The translations under genes and the position numbers were made by a program. From Mobula hypostoma (Eukaryota): a DNA stretch of 64,000 bases. Positions 24,880-38,781 of this stretch are shown here, piece after piece. The notes beneath the pieces were generated by a model. It was given only the letters and a program-made list of their open reading frames with translations, had not been told where the DNA came from and did not search any database. The stretch's first letter is position 1. Each line of letters starts with the position of its first letter. The stretch spans positions 170,998,001-171,062,000 of the forward strand of contig NC_086097.1 in assembly GCF_963921235.1 (NCBI RefSeq). Reading direction: 5' to 3'.

Positions 24880-27738
24880 GGTTGAGACAACAGAGGCTAA
24901 TGGAGAAGAGAAGTTATAAGCCTTGTCTGCCACCTCTCATTGTGGGCAATGTGAGATTGCTGGGTAATAAAATAGATGAATTGACGGCACTCGTCAGGAG
25001 TCAGAGAACATTTCGGGAAAGCAGTGTCATGTGTTTTACTGAAATGTGGCTGCATGAGGACATACCCGATCAAAGTGTTTCTATAGAGGGCTTCCGACCG
25101 TTCAAGCTGACCGGAATTGCGCTGAGAGCAGTAAGAGTAAAGGAGGGGTCTTGCGGTTCTGGTAAACAACAGATGGTGCAATCCTGGGCATATTACGATC
25201 AAGGAATGTGTTTGTAGCCCGGATATTGAACTTTTTGCTGTTGGACTACGGCCATATAATTTGCCAAGGGAAATCTTGCATGCAATTGTGGTTGTTGTGT
25301 ACATCCCTCCCTCTGCCAACCCGACGTCGGCGTGTAACATCATTTACACTGTCATAGCCAGATTACAAACTCAGCACCTAAGTGACCTCATTACCATCTC
25401 GGGTGATTTCAACCAGGTTACCATGGCTAGAACACTGCCCAACTTCATGCAGTATGTGAGCTGTACAACCAGAGGGGAGAGGACTCTGGATTCGATGTAC
25501 GCTAACGTTAAGGGTGCATACAGCACGCTACGTGCTTCTGGTGAAGAGTAAACCTGCAACCTCGAGGACAGTGAGAAAATGGTCGGAGGAGGCTTATGAG
25601 GTGCTCCAGGGTTGTTTGAGGTGACAGACTGGCAGGCACTCTGTGAGCCACATGGAGAGGATATTGATGGGCTCACAGAATGCATCACTGATTACATCAA
25701 CTTCTGTGTGGACTGCAATGTTCCAACAAGAACTGTCCTTTGTTATTCAAATAACAAGCCATGGGTAACAAAGGACATTAAGGACATTCTGAATGCTAAA
25801 AAGAGGGCATTTAGAAATGGAAATAGGGAGGAGCTGAGGGCAATACAGAGGGACCTGAAAGCCAGGATCAGGGAGGCTAAAGACAGGTACAGGAGGAAGT
25901 TTGAGTGGAAACTCCAGCAGAACAACATGAGAGAGGTCTGGAGGGGGATGAGGACCATCACTGAGTTCCGGCAGACTAGCAACAGAGGAGCTGAAGGCAG
26001 TGTGGACAGGGCCAACGAACTTAACCTGTTCTTTAACAGATTTGACATTGTGACCCCTGCCCATCCCCCACATGAGTCATCTGTTGTCGGCCCCCAATCA
26101 ACATATATTCCACTCTCCCCTCCTACCCCTCCTCACAGTCCCCCACCCTACTCTCATGACTATACCCTTTCCCCACACGAAACCACCACGGTGGGCTTCA
26201 CGGCTGAACAGGTGAGAAAACAGCTGAAACGTCTCAACCCAAGCAAGGCTGCAGGTCTGGATGGTGTCAGTACCAGGGTGCTCAAACCCTGTGCCCCTCA
26301 GCTATATGGAGTACTTCGCCATGTCTTCAACCTGAGCCTGAGGCTCCGGAGGGTTCCTGTACTGTGGAAAACGTCCTGCCTCGTCCCTGTGCCGAAGACG
26401 CCGCGCCCCAGCGGCCTCAATGACTACAGACCGGTGGCATTGACCTCCCACATCATGAAGACCCTGGAGAGACTTGTTCTGGAGCTGCTTCGGCCTATGG
26501 TCAGGCCACACTTAGATCCTCTCCAGTTCGCCTACCAGCCCCAACTAGGAGTTGAGGATGCCATTGTCTACCTGCTGAACCGTGTCTACGCCCACTTGGA
26601 CAAGCCAGTGAGCACTGTGAGGGTCATGTTTTTTGTCTTCTCCAGTACGTTCAACACCATCTGCCCTGCTCTGCTGGGGGAGAAGCTGACAGCGATGCAG
26701 GTGGATGCTTTCCTGGTGTGATGGATTCTTGATTACCTGATTAGCAGACCACAGTACGTGTGCTTGCAACACTGTTTGTCCGACAGAGTGATCAGCAACA
26801 CTGGGGCTCCACAGGGGACTGTCTTGTCTCCCTTTCTCTTCACCATTTACACCTCGGAGTTCAACTACTGCACAGAGTCTTGTCATTTTCAGAAGTTTTC
26901 TGATGACTCTGCCATAGTTGGATGCATCAGCAAGAGAGATGAGGCTGAGTACAGGACTACAGTGGGAAACTATCACATGGTGTGAGCAGAATTATCTGCA
27001 GCTTAATGTGAAAAAGACTAAGGAGCTGGTAGTAGACCTGAGGAGAGCTAGGGTACCGGTGACCCCTGTTTCCATCCAGGGGGTCCGTGTGGAGATGGTG
27101 GAGGATTACAAATACCTGGGGATACGAATTGACAATAAACTGGACTGGTCAAAGAACACTGAGGCTGTCTACAAGAAGGGTCAGAGCCATCTCTATTTTC
27201 TGAGGAGACTGAGGTCCTTTAACATCTGCCGGACGATGCTGAGGATGTTCTACGAGTCTGTGGTGGCCAGTGCTATCATGTTTGCTGTTGTGTGCTGGGG
27301 CAGCAGGCTGAGGGTAGCAGACACCAACAGGATCAACAAACTCATCCGTAAGGCCAGTGATGTTGTGGGGATGGAACTGGACTCTCTCATAGTGGTGTCT
27401 GAAAAGAGGATGCTGTCTAAGTTGCATGCCATCTTGGTCAATGTCTCCCATCCACTACATAATGTACTGGGTGGGCACAGGAGTACATTCAGCTAGAGAC
27501 TCATTCCACCGAGATGTAACACAGAGCGTCATAGAAAGCCATTCCTGCCTGTGGTCATCAAACTTTATAACTCCTCCTTTGGAGGGTCAGACACCCTGAG
27601 CCAATAGACTGGTCCTGGTCTTATTTCCTGGCATAATTTACTATTTAACTACTTATGGTTCTATTAATATTTAATTATTTATGGTGCAACTGTAACAAAA
27701 AACAACTTCCCCTGGGATCAATAAAGTATGACCATGAC
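24880..27738 (+). mobile_element. Rex1/Babar-type LINE, 5'-truncated, APE and RT with a few frameshifts
   Basis: GNVRLLGNK, CFTEMWL, ISGDFN; SKAAGLDG, DYRPVALTSHIMKTLERL, LDPLQFAYQ, TGAPQGTVLSPFLF, KFSDDSA, LNVKKTKELVVD; tail caataaagtatgaccatgac. Confidence 0.95.
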
Positions 27739-27740
27739 AC

Positions 27741-29072
27741 TTGTTTTACTTTATTGATTTTTTTTATAAGTTTCTATAATACAACAAAAAAACAGTAAAA
27801 AAAAAGGTTTATACAGTGCAAAACAAACATATCAATTGTACAGTTCATAACAGTTAAGGAAAAGCACCCATAGCAGAATCGTATAAAGTTAGTTACCACC
27901 CCACACTCCCACTACCCAACTCCAAGCCAACCTTACCATATATAGAAAAGTTGATCAGAAATTTTATCACCACAGGGCTGTATTTATAAAACAACGGTAT
28001 GTTGCCTACTACCTGAGCTATAATATGTTTACACATCAATAAAAAAAACAGTAAGTCTTAACTGAAAGAAGCTGGAAGTAAGGGATTTAAATGTAAAAGA
28101 AAAAAAGAGGAGGGATAAACCCTTAATCTAAATGGGAATTATGAAAATATTCAAGAAAAGGTCCCCACACCTTTTGGAACTTTATGTCCAAATTAAGTGA
28201 ATAAAGAATCTTCTCAAGGTCTAGGCAGGACATAATGTCTCTGAGCCATTGAGCATGAATAGTTGGGGCAACATCTCTCCACCTAAGAAGGCCTGCATGT
28301 CTGGCCAAAAGAGACGCAAAAGGCAATGTATGATGTTCAGTCAGACTCAGATGCAAGCCAACTTCTCCCCAGGTGCCATAAAGAGCAATCAGAGGGTTAG
28401 GTTCCAAATAGCAATTAAGTATATGGGATAAAGTTAAAAAGACATCTCTCCAGAATTTCTCCAAGCTAGGACAAGCCCAGTACATATAAATAAGGGAAGC
28501 CTGAACTGTAAAGGGCGATGGCGAGCACATAAAGAAGTTGAATTAATTGACTTGAGAATTGAATCCCAAATCTCATTGGACAGAGAAAAAATTAAATCAT
28601 GCTCCCAGGCAGTTTTAATTTTGTCAAAGGGGGCTTGCCTCAAAATCGCTAACATATCTCGAAAAGTGGATATTAAACCTTTACCCAAAGGATTCATATG
28701 AAGAAACAAGTCCACAACATTTTTATCGGGTACATCAGGAAAGTTTGGTATTAAAGGGTTGATAAAATGTCTAATTTAGAGGTATCTGAAGAAATGAGTG
28801 TTGGGTAGGTTGAACTTTACAGACAGTTGTTCAAATGTTGCGAAGCGATCTTCAAAGCATCTAATGCCCTTTCTATGCCAGTCTTGAAATGTGAAATCCT
28901 GCATAGAAGGCTGAAAAAGATGATTATGTAGAATAGGACTAGAGAGAGAAGACCATTATATTTTCTGAACTGAGCCCATATTCTCAGAGTGTGTCTGATG
29001 ACAGGATTAACAATTGATTTGGGCAGATAGCAAGGAAGTGCGGATCCAAGAAGTGCGGGAATGGAGAGGACA
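27741..29072 (-). mobile_element. L1/Tx1-clade LINE 3' fragment
   Basis: MYWACPSLEKFWRDVF..EPNPLIALYG..WLRDIMSCLDLEKI..FQKVWGPFLEY; A-rich 3' end containing aataaa. Confidence 0.85.
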
Positions 29073-29644
29073 CTTACCTTGTTAAGCAGCCTCGTGTGGT
29101 ATTCTGTCAAAGGTCTTCTAAAAATCCAAGTAAAGAATGGCCACTGATTTTCCTTTGTCTATCCTGCCTGTTACGTCCTCAAAAAAAAATTCCAACAGAT
29201 TTGTCAGGCAAGCTTTCCCCTTAAGGAAATCATGCTGGAAAAAAAAACTTTTCACTATATCTTGGTAGATGTGACAATAATAAACCAAATGCAGTTATAA
29301 TTACAATTGTGAAGTTTTGTAATTATTTATAACAAAGAACTTTGGAAGGTTGGTGGCTTAGTATGCTGTTGAGGAGTCACTGAGATATCAAAGAAATCAG
29401 AATCAGTGCAAAGGAATTGGTTCTGAAGTAAAAGATCAACCATGATCTCACTAAGTGATTGAACAGGCATGATGGACAAAGTCTTACTCCTCCTCCTCTT
29501 TCCAATGTTCTACAGGTTGACGTCCCTTCATCAGACTTCATAATGGTTAGAGATCATTGTTTCAGACAGAGAAAATAGGGGACAAAGGAGTGGAAAAGGA
29601 GGACTGAGAAAGGTTAAAGGCAGGAGGGGTGAAAAATAAAAACG

Positions 29645-30578
29645 TAAGACCATAAGACAAAGGAGCAGAAGTAGGCCATTCGGCCCATTGAGTCTGCTCT
29701 GCCATTTTATCATGAGCTGATCCATTCTCCTATTTAGTCCCATTCCCCCAACCTTCTCACCATGACCTTTGATGCCCTGGCTACTCAGATACCTATCAAT
29801 CTCGGCCTTAAATACGCCCATTGACTTGGGGCCTCCACTGCTGCCCGTGGCAACAAATTCCATAGATTCACCACCCTCTGACTAAAAAAATTTCTTTGCA
29901 TTTCTGTTCTGAATGGGCGCCCTTCAATCCTTAAGTCATGCCCTCTCATGCTAGACTCCCCCATCATGGGAAACAACTTTGCCACATCCACTCTGTCCAT
30001 GCCTTTCAACGTTCGAAATGTTTCTATGAGTTCTCCCCTCATTCTTCTAAACTCCAAGGAATACAGTCCAAGAGCAGACAAACGTTCTTCATATGTTAAC
30101 CCTCTCATTCCCGGAATCATTCTAGTGAATCTTCTCTGTACCCTCTCCAACGTCAGCACATCCTTTCCTAAATAAGGAGACCAAAACTGCCCACGGTACT
30201 CCAAGTGAGGTCTCACCAGCGCCTTATAGAGCCTCAACATCACATCCCTGCTCCTATACTCTATTCCTCTAGAAATAAATGCCAACATTGCATTCACCTT
30301 CTTCACTACTGACTCAACCTGGAGGTTAACTTTAAGGGTATCCTGTACGAGGACTCCCAAGGCCCGCTGCATCTCAGAACTTTGAATTCTTTTCCCATCT
30401 AAATAATAGTCTGCCCGTTTATTTTTTCTGCCAAAGTGCATAACCATACACTTTCCAACATTGTACTTCATTTGCCACTTCTCTGCCCATTCTTCCAATC
30501 CTTCCTAGTCTCTTTGCAGCCTCTCCATTTCCTCAGCACTACCGGCCCCCCCCCATCTATCTTCATAATGTCAGCAAC
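29645..30578 (-). mobile_element. Young CR1 3' fragment
   Basis: 237-aa ORF 29785-30498 (WAEKWQMKYNVGKC..RPHLEY..QRVVNLWNLLP) and a short-repeat tail. Confidence 0.95.
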
Positions 30579-31652
30579 ATGAAGAAGCTTATCTGAACTT
30601 CACTGAAAATGTTTGCATTTGTCTTAAGGAAAGAAAGGGAGATATTAGCATATAGGGAGATTCCATGATTTGGAAAGGAATTACATAATTTATGTTTTAG
30701 TCCCAAATAAAGTATTCCCCAGACATTCATAACTCTAAATTTATGCCCCTAATGTGAGATGTCATATTATATTTGACATTTTAATTTTTTATTTATGCAT
30801 TGGATGTGGATTTTGTTGCCATCTATTTTCCACACATTAATGGAATGTTCCTTACTACATTTCATTCTCCAAATTGGACAGGTAAAAATCTCTTGAAGCA
30901 TGCTAACAATTTCTGGATGAACTCTTTGTCAGCAAAACCTCAAAGGGGAGGAATGGAACTGAGAGCAGAAATGATCAAACATCATCATCAGAAAGAATTC
31001 CTCTCTCCTGCAGTTCAAGGGCAGAGAGCTGATCTGTTGGATATCCTTCAGATTACAGAACATGTTGAACCAATGGATAGAGGGAAGATGTTTCCATGTG
31101 TGATAGATTCAATACTTGGAATAAATCCTACAGAGAATTCTGGAGAATCTGCTTTACTCGAAATAAGAACATGACTGTGGAAATACAAATTCTCCAAAAG
31201 CACAGTAGCTTTTCTTTAGCAGAAAAGTCATTCTTTAGCAGATAACGCCTCTTGGGAAATCAATGCTCAAGTATAGCTCCTGACACATACAAAGGTAAAA
31301 ATTAATCAGAAAATTGGTCCTTCAGAGTTAGTTGTGGTGAACTGGTCAATTCCTCACTGTGGTGTTAAAACACTATAAATTTAAATTTAATTCCAGATTT
31401 TGACCACATGATCAAATGCAAAAGTACAAGTTGTTATCGTGGTGGGACTCTACAGATGTAATTACAGTCTAATGGGGACGATGAATCCACCTACCATTGA
31501 ATGGGAAATTGTGCCAGGAGACTGCAATCTCCTGACATCTCCTGAGTACATTAAATTAATAAATTGGTTTATTATTGTCATATGCACCAAGATATAGTGA
31601 AAAACCTTTGCCATACGCAAGTATATCAAGATAATAACGAGTGTAGAATATA

Positions 31653-31829
31653 AACACAAAAAATTCTGCAGATGCTATGAAGTTTGAGCAACACACACAA
31701 TGTGCTGGAGGATCTCAGCAAGTCAGGCAGCATCTATGGAAATGAACAAATAGTCGACTTTTCAGGCCTGAAAACTGTTTTCCCTCCATAGATGCTGCCT
31801 GACTTGTTGAGTTCTTTCAGCACTGTGAC
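31653..31829. mobile_element. PLE fold-back insertion with perfect 13-bp TSD
   Basis: agtgtagaatata at 31640-31652 and 31830-31842; arms caagtcaggcagcatctatgga and tccatagatgctgcctgacttg. Confidence 0.9.
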
Positions 31830-31848
31830 AGTGTAGAATATAGTCATG

Positions 31849-32857
31849 TGTGAAGTTCTAACCTCAAATGAAGACCTTAAGTCCTATCTGATTTAAATAG
31901 TGACAAGTACCCTCACAAAAGTTAGGTTATACTGTAACCTTACAAGCAAGTTTGTTATCTTACAAGCAAATTTACATTCCTGTTTATTCTCCGCAGTGAG
32001 ATTAGCTAGCAGTACCTACTCTCTGAGTGGTGGGTCCTCCCTCTTTACCAAGGAGAAGATACTTCCAGCTATCAAAGTAGTTTAAAATGCACTTTATTTA
32101 TTTTCAGTTTTACAAGTTCAAGTCCAAACAACATTCTTAAAACACATTTAAAACCCAGAGGATTTCTATCTTAAACATTTCCAAATTACAATCCACTTCT
32201 ACAATAAAGAGTTTCCAAAACACAGATACAATTCCTATAAAATGTAAAGACATACCTCTGAGTTGTAGATGAAACAGAGGAATGGATTTTGGTTCACCCT
32301 ATGTTTCTTTCATGCTTCATGATGCTCTTTAAGCATTTCTAATAACTCTGAATTGCTCTGTTCATTTATGCAGTTTCTTTGCCACTTGGGTGACTCCTCA
32401 CATGTGTGATATGCTTCCAGATGCCTTTTTACAGAAACAGTCTAAAAGCTTCTTGGAGGCAAAGATCCCAAGTATCACAATTAATGCTGTGAAGCTAAAT
32501 CCGCTGAGTATATAAACCTTCCAGTGTATTACTAGATCAGTTATTCATATGCTACTTGATTGTCTCCATCAGGTCTGTAAGCTGCCTTGAATTAAATAAA
32601 TTTGCCAGCATTGTCTCGTTAGAAACCAGCCCAACTAAATACTCCATTATCTTATACTACACCTCTTCAGCAATAAGACAGTGCAGTGACCCATCATCCT
32701 GTTTTCTATAGACAATATATCTGTTTGCAAACCAAAGGTGTGTTTTTTCACAGCTTCAAGCTAATTAATGTTTTCCATTTACATTAAGAACTGTAAACTG
32801 GCTCCCGTTTACGGCCAGAAACTAAACAATGAATATTAGTTGACATTTTACCTTACA
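31849..32857 (-). mobile_element. Putative solo LTR, copy A (~1 kb)
   Basis: TG...CA ends; colinear reverse-complement similarity to 58296-60000 along its length; no TSD seen. Confidence 0.65.
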
Positions 32858-33198
32858 ACTGGTTGATCTTTACTAATGGCAGCTGCTGTGTTTAGAAAGC
32901 TAATCTTGTCATAAAAACAAGAGATTCTCAGCCGAGGAAGCAAATATCCATCATAGAGGGAGCTGTATAAAACGTTGGTTGAAATATTGTGTCCAGTTCT
33001 GCTCATCAGATTACAGGAAGGCTTTTGAAGAATGTAGAAGAGGTGCACCAGGATGTGACCTGTATTAGAAGATTAAGAACTATCAGGAGAGGTTGGATGA
33101 GTCTGAAATGTTATCTCTGGAGCATTAGAGGCTGAGGGGGCAACCTGATAGATGTATGTAGAGTTAGGAGAGGCACAGTCACTAGAAGGCATAGCTTA

Positions 33199-34156
33199 GA
33201 CAATAGACAATAGGTGCAGGAGTAGGCCATTCGGCCCTTTGAGCCAGCACCGCCATTCACTGTGATAATGGCTGATCATTCACAATCAGTATCCAGTTCC
33301 TGCCTTATCCCCATAACCTTTGATTCCGCTATCTTTAAGAGCTTTATCCATCTCTTTCTTGAAAGCATCCAGAGACTTGGCCTCCACAGCCTTCTGGGGC
33401 AGAGCATTCCATATATCCACCACTCTCTGGGTGAAAAAGTTTTTCCTCAACTCCGTTCTAAATGGCCCACCCCTCATTCTTAAACTGTGGCCTCTGGTTC
33501 TGGACTCACCCATCGGCGGGAACATGCTTCCTGCCTCTAGCGTGTCCAATCCCTTAATAATCTTATATGTTTCAATAAGATCCCCTCTCAGCCTTCTAAA
33601 TTCCAGAGTATACAAGCCCAGTCGCTCCAATCTTTCGACATATGTCAGTCCTGCCATCCCGAGAATTAACCCTGTGAACCTACGCTGCACTCCCTCAATA
33701 ACAAGAATGTCCTTCCTCAAATTTGGAGACCAAAACTGCACACAGTACTCCAGGTGTGGTCTCACCAGGGCCCTGTACAGCTGCAGAAGGACCTCTTTGC
33801 TCTTATACTCAATTCCCCTTGTTATGAAGGCCAGCATGCCATTAGCTTTCTTCACTGCCTGCTGTACTTGCATGCTTGCTTTCAGTGACTGATGTACAAG
33901 AACACCTGGATCTCGTTGTACTTTCCCTTTTCCTAGCTTGACTCCATTTAGATAATAATCTGCCTTCCTGTTCTTACCACCAAAGTGGATAATCTCACAT
34001 TTATCCACATTAAACTGCATCTGCCATGCATCTGCCCACTCACCCAGCCTGTCCAAGTCACCCTGCATTCTCATAACATCCTCCTCACATTTCACACTGC
34101 CACCCAGCTTTGTGTCATCGGCAAATCTGCTAATGTTACTTTTAATTCCCTCATCC
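33199..34156 (-). mobile_element. Young CR1 3' fragment inserted into an older plus-strand CR1 (~32870-34220)
   Basis: Uninterrupted 269-aa ORF 33286-34095; FADDT upstream; (tagacaa)n tail. Confidence 0.95.
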
Positions 34157-35239
34157 CTCAGTTTGAAGATGAAAGGAAGAAAGTTTAAAGGAGGTTTATG
34201 AGGGAAGTATTTTCATGCAGACAGTTCAAAATTCAAGGTACATTTATTATCAAAGTATTTACTGTATATGATATACACACTGCATTCAATGCAATCTTAG
34301 CATTCTTTGATTTCTTAAGCTATAGAGATACAATCACCATCAATCCCTTTCACTCCTTCATCAAATCTACTTTTAATTGGATATGAGTTTATTATTGTCA
34401 CATGTACCAAGATACAGGGAAAATTTTGCATGCCATCCAGACAGATCATTCCAAGCATCAGTACATTGAGGTAGTACAAAATGAAAAAACAATAACAGAA
34501 TGAAGAATATAGGGTTACAGTTACAGACAAAGATCTGTACATAAATACTTCAAGGCAGTAAAAAGGAAAATGCAATGCAGAATATAGTGTTACAATTGCA
34601 AATAAAGTGCGATGCAGACAGGCAATGGGTGCAATGGCTGTGATGAGATGGACTCTGATCAAGTGTTCATCTTTATCTTGCAAGAAATCCATTCAAGAGT
34701 TTTATAACAGTGGGATTGAAGCTGTCTTTGAGTCTGGCAGTGAGTTTTCAAGCTTTTTTCTGACGGAAGGGGAGAGAGGAGAGAACTATGAGAGTGGGTG
34801 TGGTCTTTAATTGAAAAGCAGAAAGAGTTCAGCAAGCTTGGAAGAAAAGGGAGAGCTTGGTAACTGGCGATAAAGGGCTCGAGCCCAATAAAGAAGCTCA
34901 GTGAGTTTCCACTCCACAGAACCCACTGCAACTTGGAGATCCAGTGGAGAGTCATCTGGTGCCAGAGTGGACATATTGGGGCATGATGGAGTTGTGGTAA
35001 GATGCTCCTCCTTTATTTCTGCAATTTTCTTCAACACCAACCTACTAAGGTCTTTCTTACCTCCAGTTCTGATCATGAACTTAATCATCAATGGCAGTCA
35101 TGATTTCAACTACCAGAACTCTAAGCTTTGGAATCCCCCCAAACCTTTCCATTACTTACATTTCCTTAAGAAGCTTTTTGCTCATCTGGCCTAAAATCTC
35201 TTTAAGTAGCAAAATAACAACTTTTATGATACTTCAAGG

Positions 35240-36460
35240 AATACTTATACTTCATACTTTATTGTCGCCAAACAATTGATACTAGAACGTACAATCATCA
35301 CAGCGATATTTGATTCTGCGCTTCCCGCTCCCTGGATTACAAATCAATAGTGAATATTAAAAATTTAAATTAAAAATCATAAATAGAAAATATAAAAATG
35401 GAAAGTAAGGTAGTGCAAAAAAAAAACGAGTGGCAGGTCCGGATATTTGGAGGGTACGGCCCAGATCCAGGTCAGGATCCGTTCAGGATCTGTCTTAGCA
35501 CAGTTGGAAAGAAGCTGTTCCAAAATCTGGCCGTACGAGTCTTCAAGCTCCTGAGCCTTCTCCCCGAAGGAAGAGGAACGAAAAGTGTGTTGGCTGGGTG
35601 GGTCGTGTCCTTAATTATCCTGGCAGCACTGCTCCGACAGCGTGCGGTGTTAAAGTGAGTCCAAGGACGGAAGATTGGTTTGTGTGATGTGCTGCGCCGT
35701 GTTCATGATCTTCTGCAGCTTCTTCCAGTCTTGGACAGGACAACTTCCATACCAGGTTGTGATGCACCCTAGAAGAATGCTTTCTACGGTGCATCTATAA
35801 AAGTAAGTGAGGGTTTTAGGGAACAGGCCAAATTTCTTTAGCTTTCTCAGGAAGTAAAGGCGCTGGTGGGTCTTCTTGGTAGTGGACTCTGCTTGGTTGG
35901 ACCAAGTCAGGTCATTTGTGGTATTGACTCCGAGGAACTTAAAGCTTTTGACCTGTTCCACTTGCGCACCACTGATGTAAATTGAGTCGTGCAGTCCGCT
36001 ACTCCTTCTGAAATCAACAACCAGTTCTTTCATCTTGCTGACGTTGAGGGATAGGTTATTGTCTTTGCACTATGCCACCAGGTTCTTAATTTCCTCTCTG
36101 TACTCAAACTCATCATTACCCAAGATACGGCCTACAATTGTTGTGTCATCAGCAAACTTATATATTGAGTTTGATGGAAACTTGGCTACACAATCATGGG
36201 TGTACAGTGAGTACAGCAGAGGGCTAAGTACACAGCCTTGTGGGGCACCGGTGCTCAGAGTGATTGTAGAGGAGAGCTCGTCCCCTATTTTTACAGCCTG
36301 GGTCCTGTCTGTGAGGAAGTTGAAGATCCAGCTGCAGATCTGAGTGCTAAGGCCCAGGTTCCGGAGCTTAGGAATCAGTTTATTTGGAATGATGGTATTA
36401 AAAGCAGAACTGTAGTCAGTGAAAAGGAGCCTTATGTATGTGTTTTTATTCTCCAGGTGT
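35240..36460 (-). mobile_element. Rex1/Babar-type LINE 3' part (RT and C-terminus)
   Basis: [42 protein letters not shown]; tail caataaagtatgaagtataagtat. Confidence 0.9.
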
Positions 36461-38781
36461 TCTTTGGGTTGGATTTTCCACATCTTCTAATCTTGTGTCC
36501 AGAACATAGAACCTTATGAAGATGTTGTCGCAATCACAAGGAATGTATGCCAGGGGCTCTATTTTGTTCAGCGTTAGAGGAGATTCAGTATGTCACCAAA
36601 GACTTTTACAAATTTCTATATATGTACAGTGGGGAGTATCTTGCCAGGTTGCATCAAAGCCTGGTATAGACACTCTAATGTACAAGGATGAAAGAGATTT
36701 CGGCTCCATCACAAGTACACCCCTCCCTATCATTGAGGACATCTTCAAGAAGAGATTCTTCAAGTAGGTGGCAGTCATCATTAAGGACACGCACCATCAG
36801 GATAAACCTGATTCTGATTCTGACACTGAGCCCACTTGACCCATTGCATTGTGCCAGCTCCCTTAGAACCTAATTTAGTTCCACAGCCCCATAGCCTTGT
36901 TAATTAGTCCTCCACTCACCAGCACTTGTATCCTTTCACAATTCCTAGGGATCTTCGAGCACCCTTTCACTTGAGTGCATAAGATCCAAATAGTCTTATC
37001 CATTGCGGAATTGTTACCTGCAATCTTAATTTCAATGACTGTCACATAAATGTGTGTTGGACCATTGACAGCCCTGGTATAATATTATGTAAAAACAAAT
37101 CAAATTCTCAAAATAGATAAGTGGCTGTCAGAAGTGGAGAGGCAATAGCTAAATTTTCCTCATTAAAACACATTCAAATTACACTGCTGCTCATTGTGGG
37201 GTGACAGAGCTGTGAAATAAGTAGAAATGTGCCAGAAGCATCATGGAAAAAAGGAAGCCAATGTCTTTTCTTGGGACAGAGATCAAGGAGATTAAACTGA
37301 TTACCTCAGCTATCAGATCAGTCACCTCTTTTATAGTTCCCCAATGTACCATTCTATTGTGGGGGTTGCAGCAAGTTTGGCATGCACAGGTTGTGTGTGA
37401 ATTTAATCTACAATGCATTCTTGCCTCTTTCACATTACACTTAATGATGAATTTTAAACTCCACCTCACTATTTCCCACTCAAGGCCCTTTGAATTTCTT
37501 AAACAGGCAATCCTGAGCCACTTGAATCTGAAGACATGGGCCTCAGGTGCAATAGAATTACCTCAGCAAATAACCAACCTTTGCCTACAGTGTCAAACTT
37601 TTCCAGAAGGCATGAAAATGCCTCAGGAAGGCATTATCCATCACTAAGGACCTTCACCATCTAGTACATGCCCTCTTCTCATTACTACAATCGGGGTGGA
37701 GGTACAGGAGCCTAATTAACCATGCTCAGTGATTTAGGAACAGCTTTTCTCCCCCCAGGCCATAAGATTTCTAAAGGGTCCATGAACCTATGAATACTCA
37801 TAGTTATTCTCTTTTCTTCCCTTTCCCATCAGACAGACAATGCAAAAGCCTGAAAGTACATACCACCAGGCTCGAGGACCACTTCTACTCCACCGTTGAA
37901 TGATTCCCTCATATGATAGGATAGACTCATGACTTCACAATTTACCTCATATGATCTTGCACTTTATTTTCTATCTGTGCCTCATTTTCTCTGTAGCTGT
38001 TCTGCACTACTTTATTCTTCATCCTGGTATTGTTTTGGCTCGTACTGCCTCGATGCAGCATGTAATTAATTGACCCGTATGAACAGTACGCAAGACAAGT
38101 TTTTCAGTGTACCTCAGTACATGTGACTACCTCATGCACCGTACAATGAATTGTCCAATATGAAACCCTATGCAAGTAAGCTTTTCACTCTATCTCAGTT
38201 TGTGTGACAATAATAAACCAACTCTAATTGCAAAAGTAGAGGTGCTGGGCATTAGCTGAACAACTTATAAGACTTCTCCTAAGCCCCTCAGACTCTTCCG
38301 TTGCTATTGTACACAGACTTTGTGCAAAGCTCAGAAGTTTAATTTCCCTGCAATGTAAGAGCTCTAATATTTAATTTGTGTCAAAGCAGATGGAGTTTTT
38401 ATAATTTCAGTTTCATTGATTTAAACCTTGACACACTCAGCAGTCCAGCAATAAAGAATAAACATGTTTCTCCACAGCTGTTTGCAGAAGTCCATGGTCA
38501 ATGCTATGAAGCATGTTGGCTCATCAATATGTTAATGCCCAGGAATTTAAAACTGCTGACACTCCACTGCCGATACCCCAATGTTGACAGACATATGTTC
38601 AGCATCCTTCCCCTTAAAGTTAACAATCAGCTCATCAGTTCTACTGATGTTGAGTGAAAGGTTGTTATTATGGTACCTCTCAGCCAGGTGATCTACATCA
38701 CTCCAAAAAACTGACTTATTACCACCTGTGAAACAGCCAGCAGAGGTGTTATCAGCAGATTTGTATACGGCTTTGGAGTTG

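Noticed and set aside
30800..31174. 124-aa ORF as a host gene
   Set aside because: Non-ATG start, no recognisable domain, and the distal half resembles decayed CR1.
31242..31294. AG/GT-bounded candidate coding exon
   Set aside because: Stop codons in all three frames and a weak donor site.
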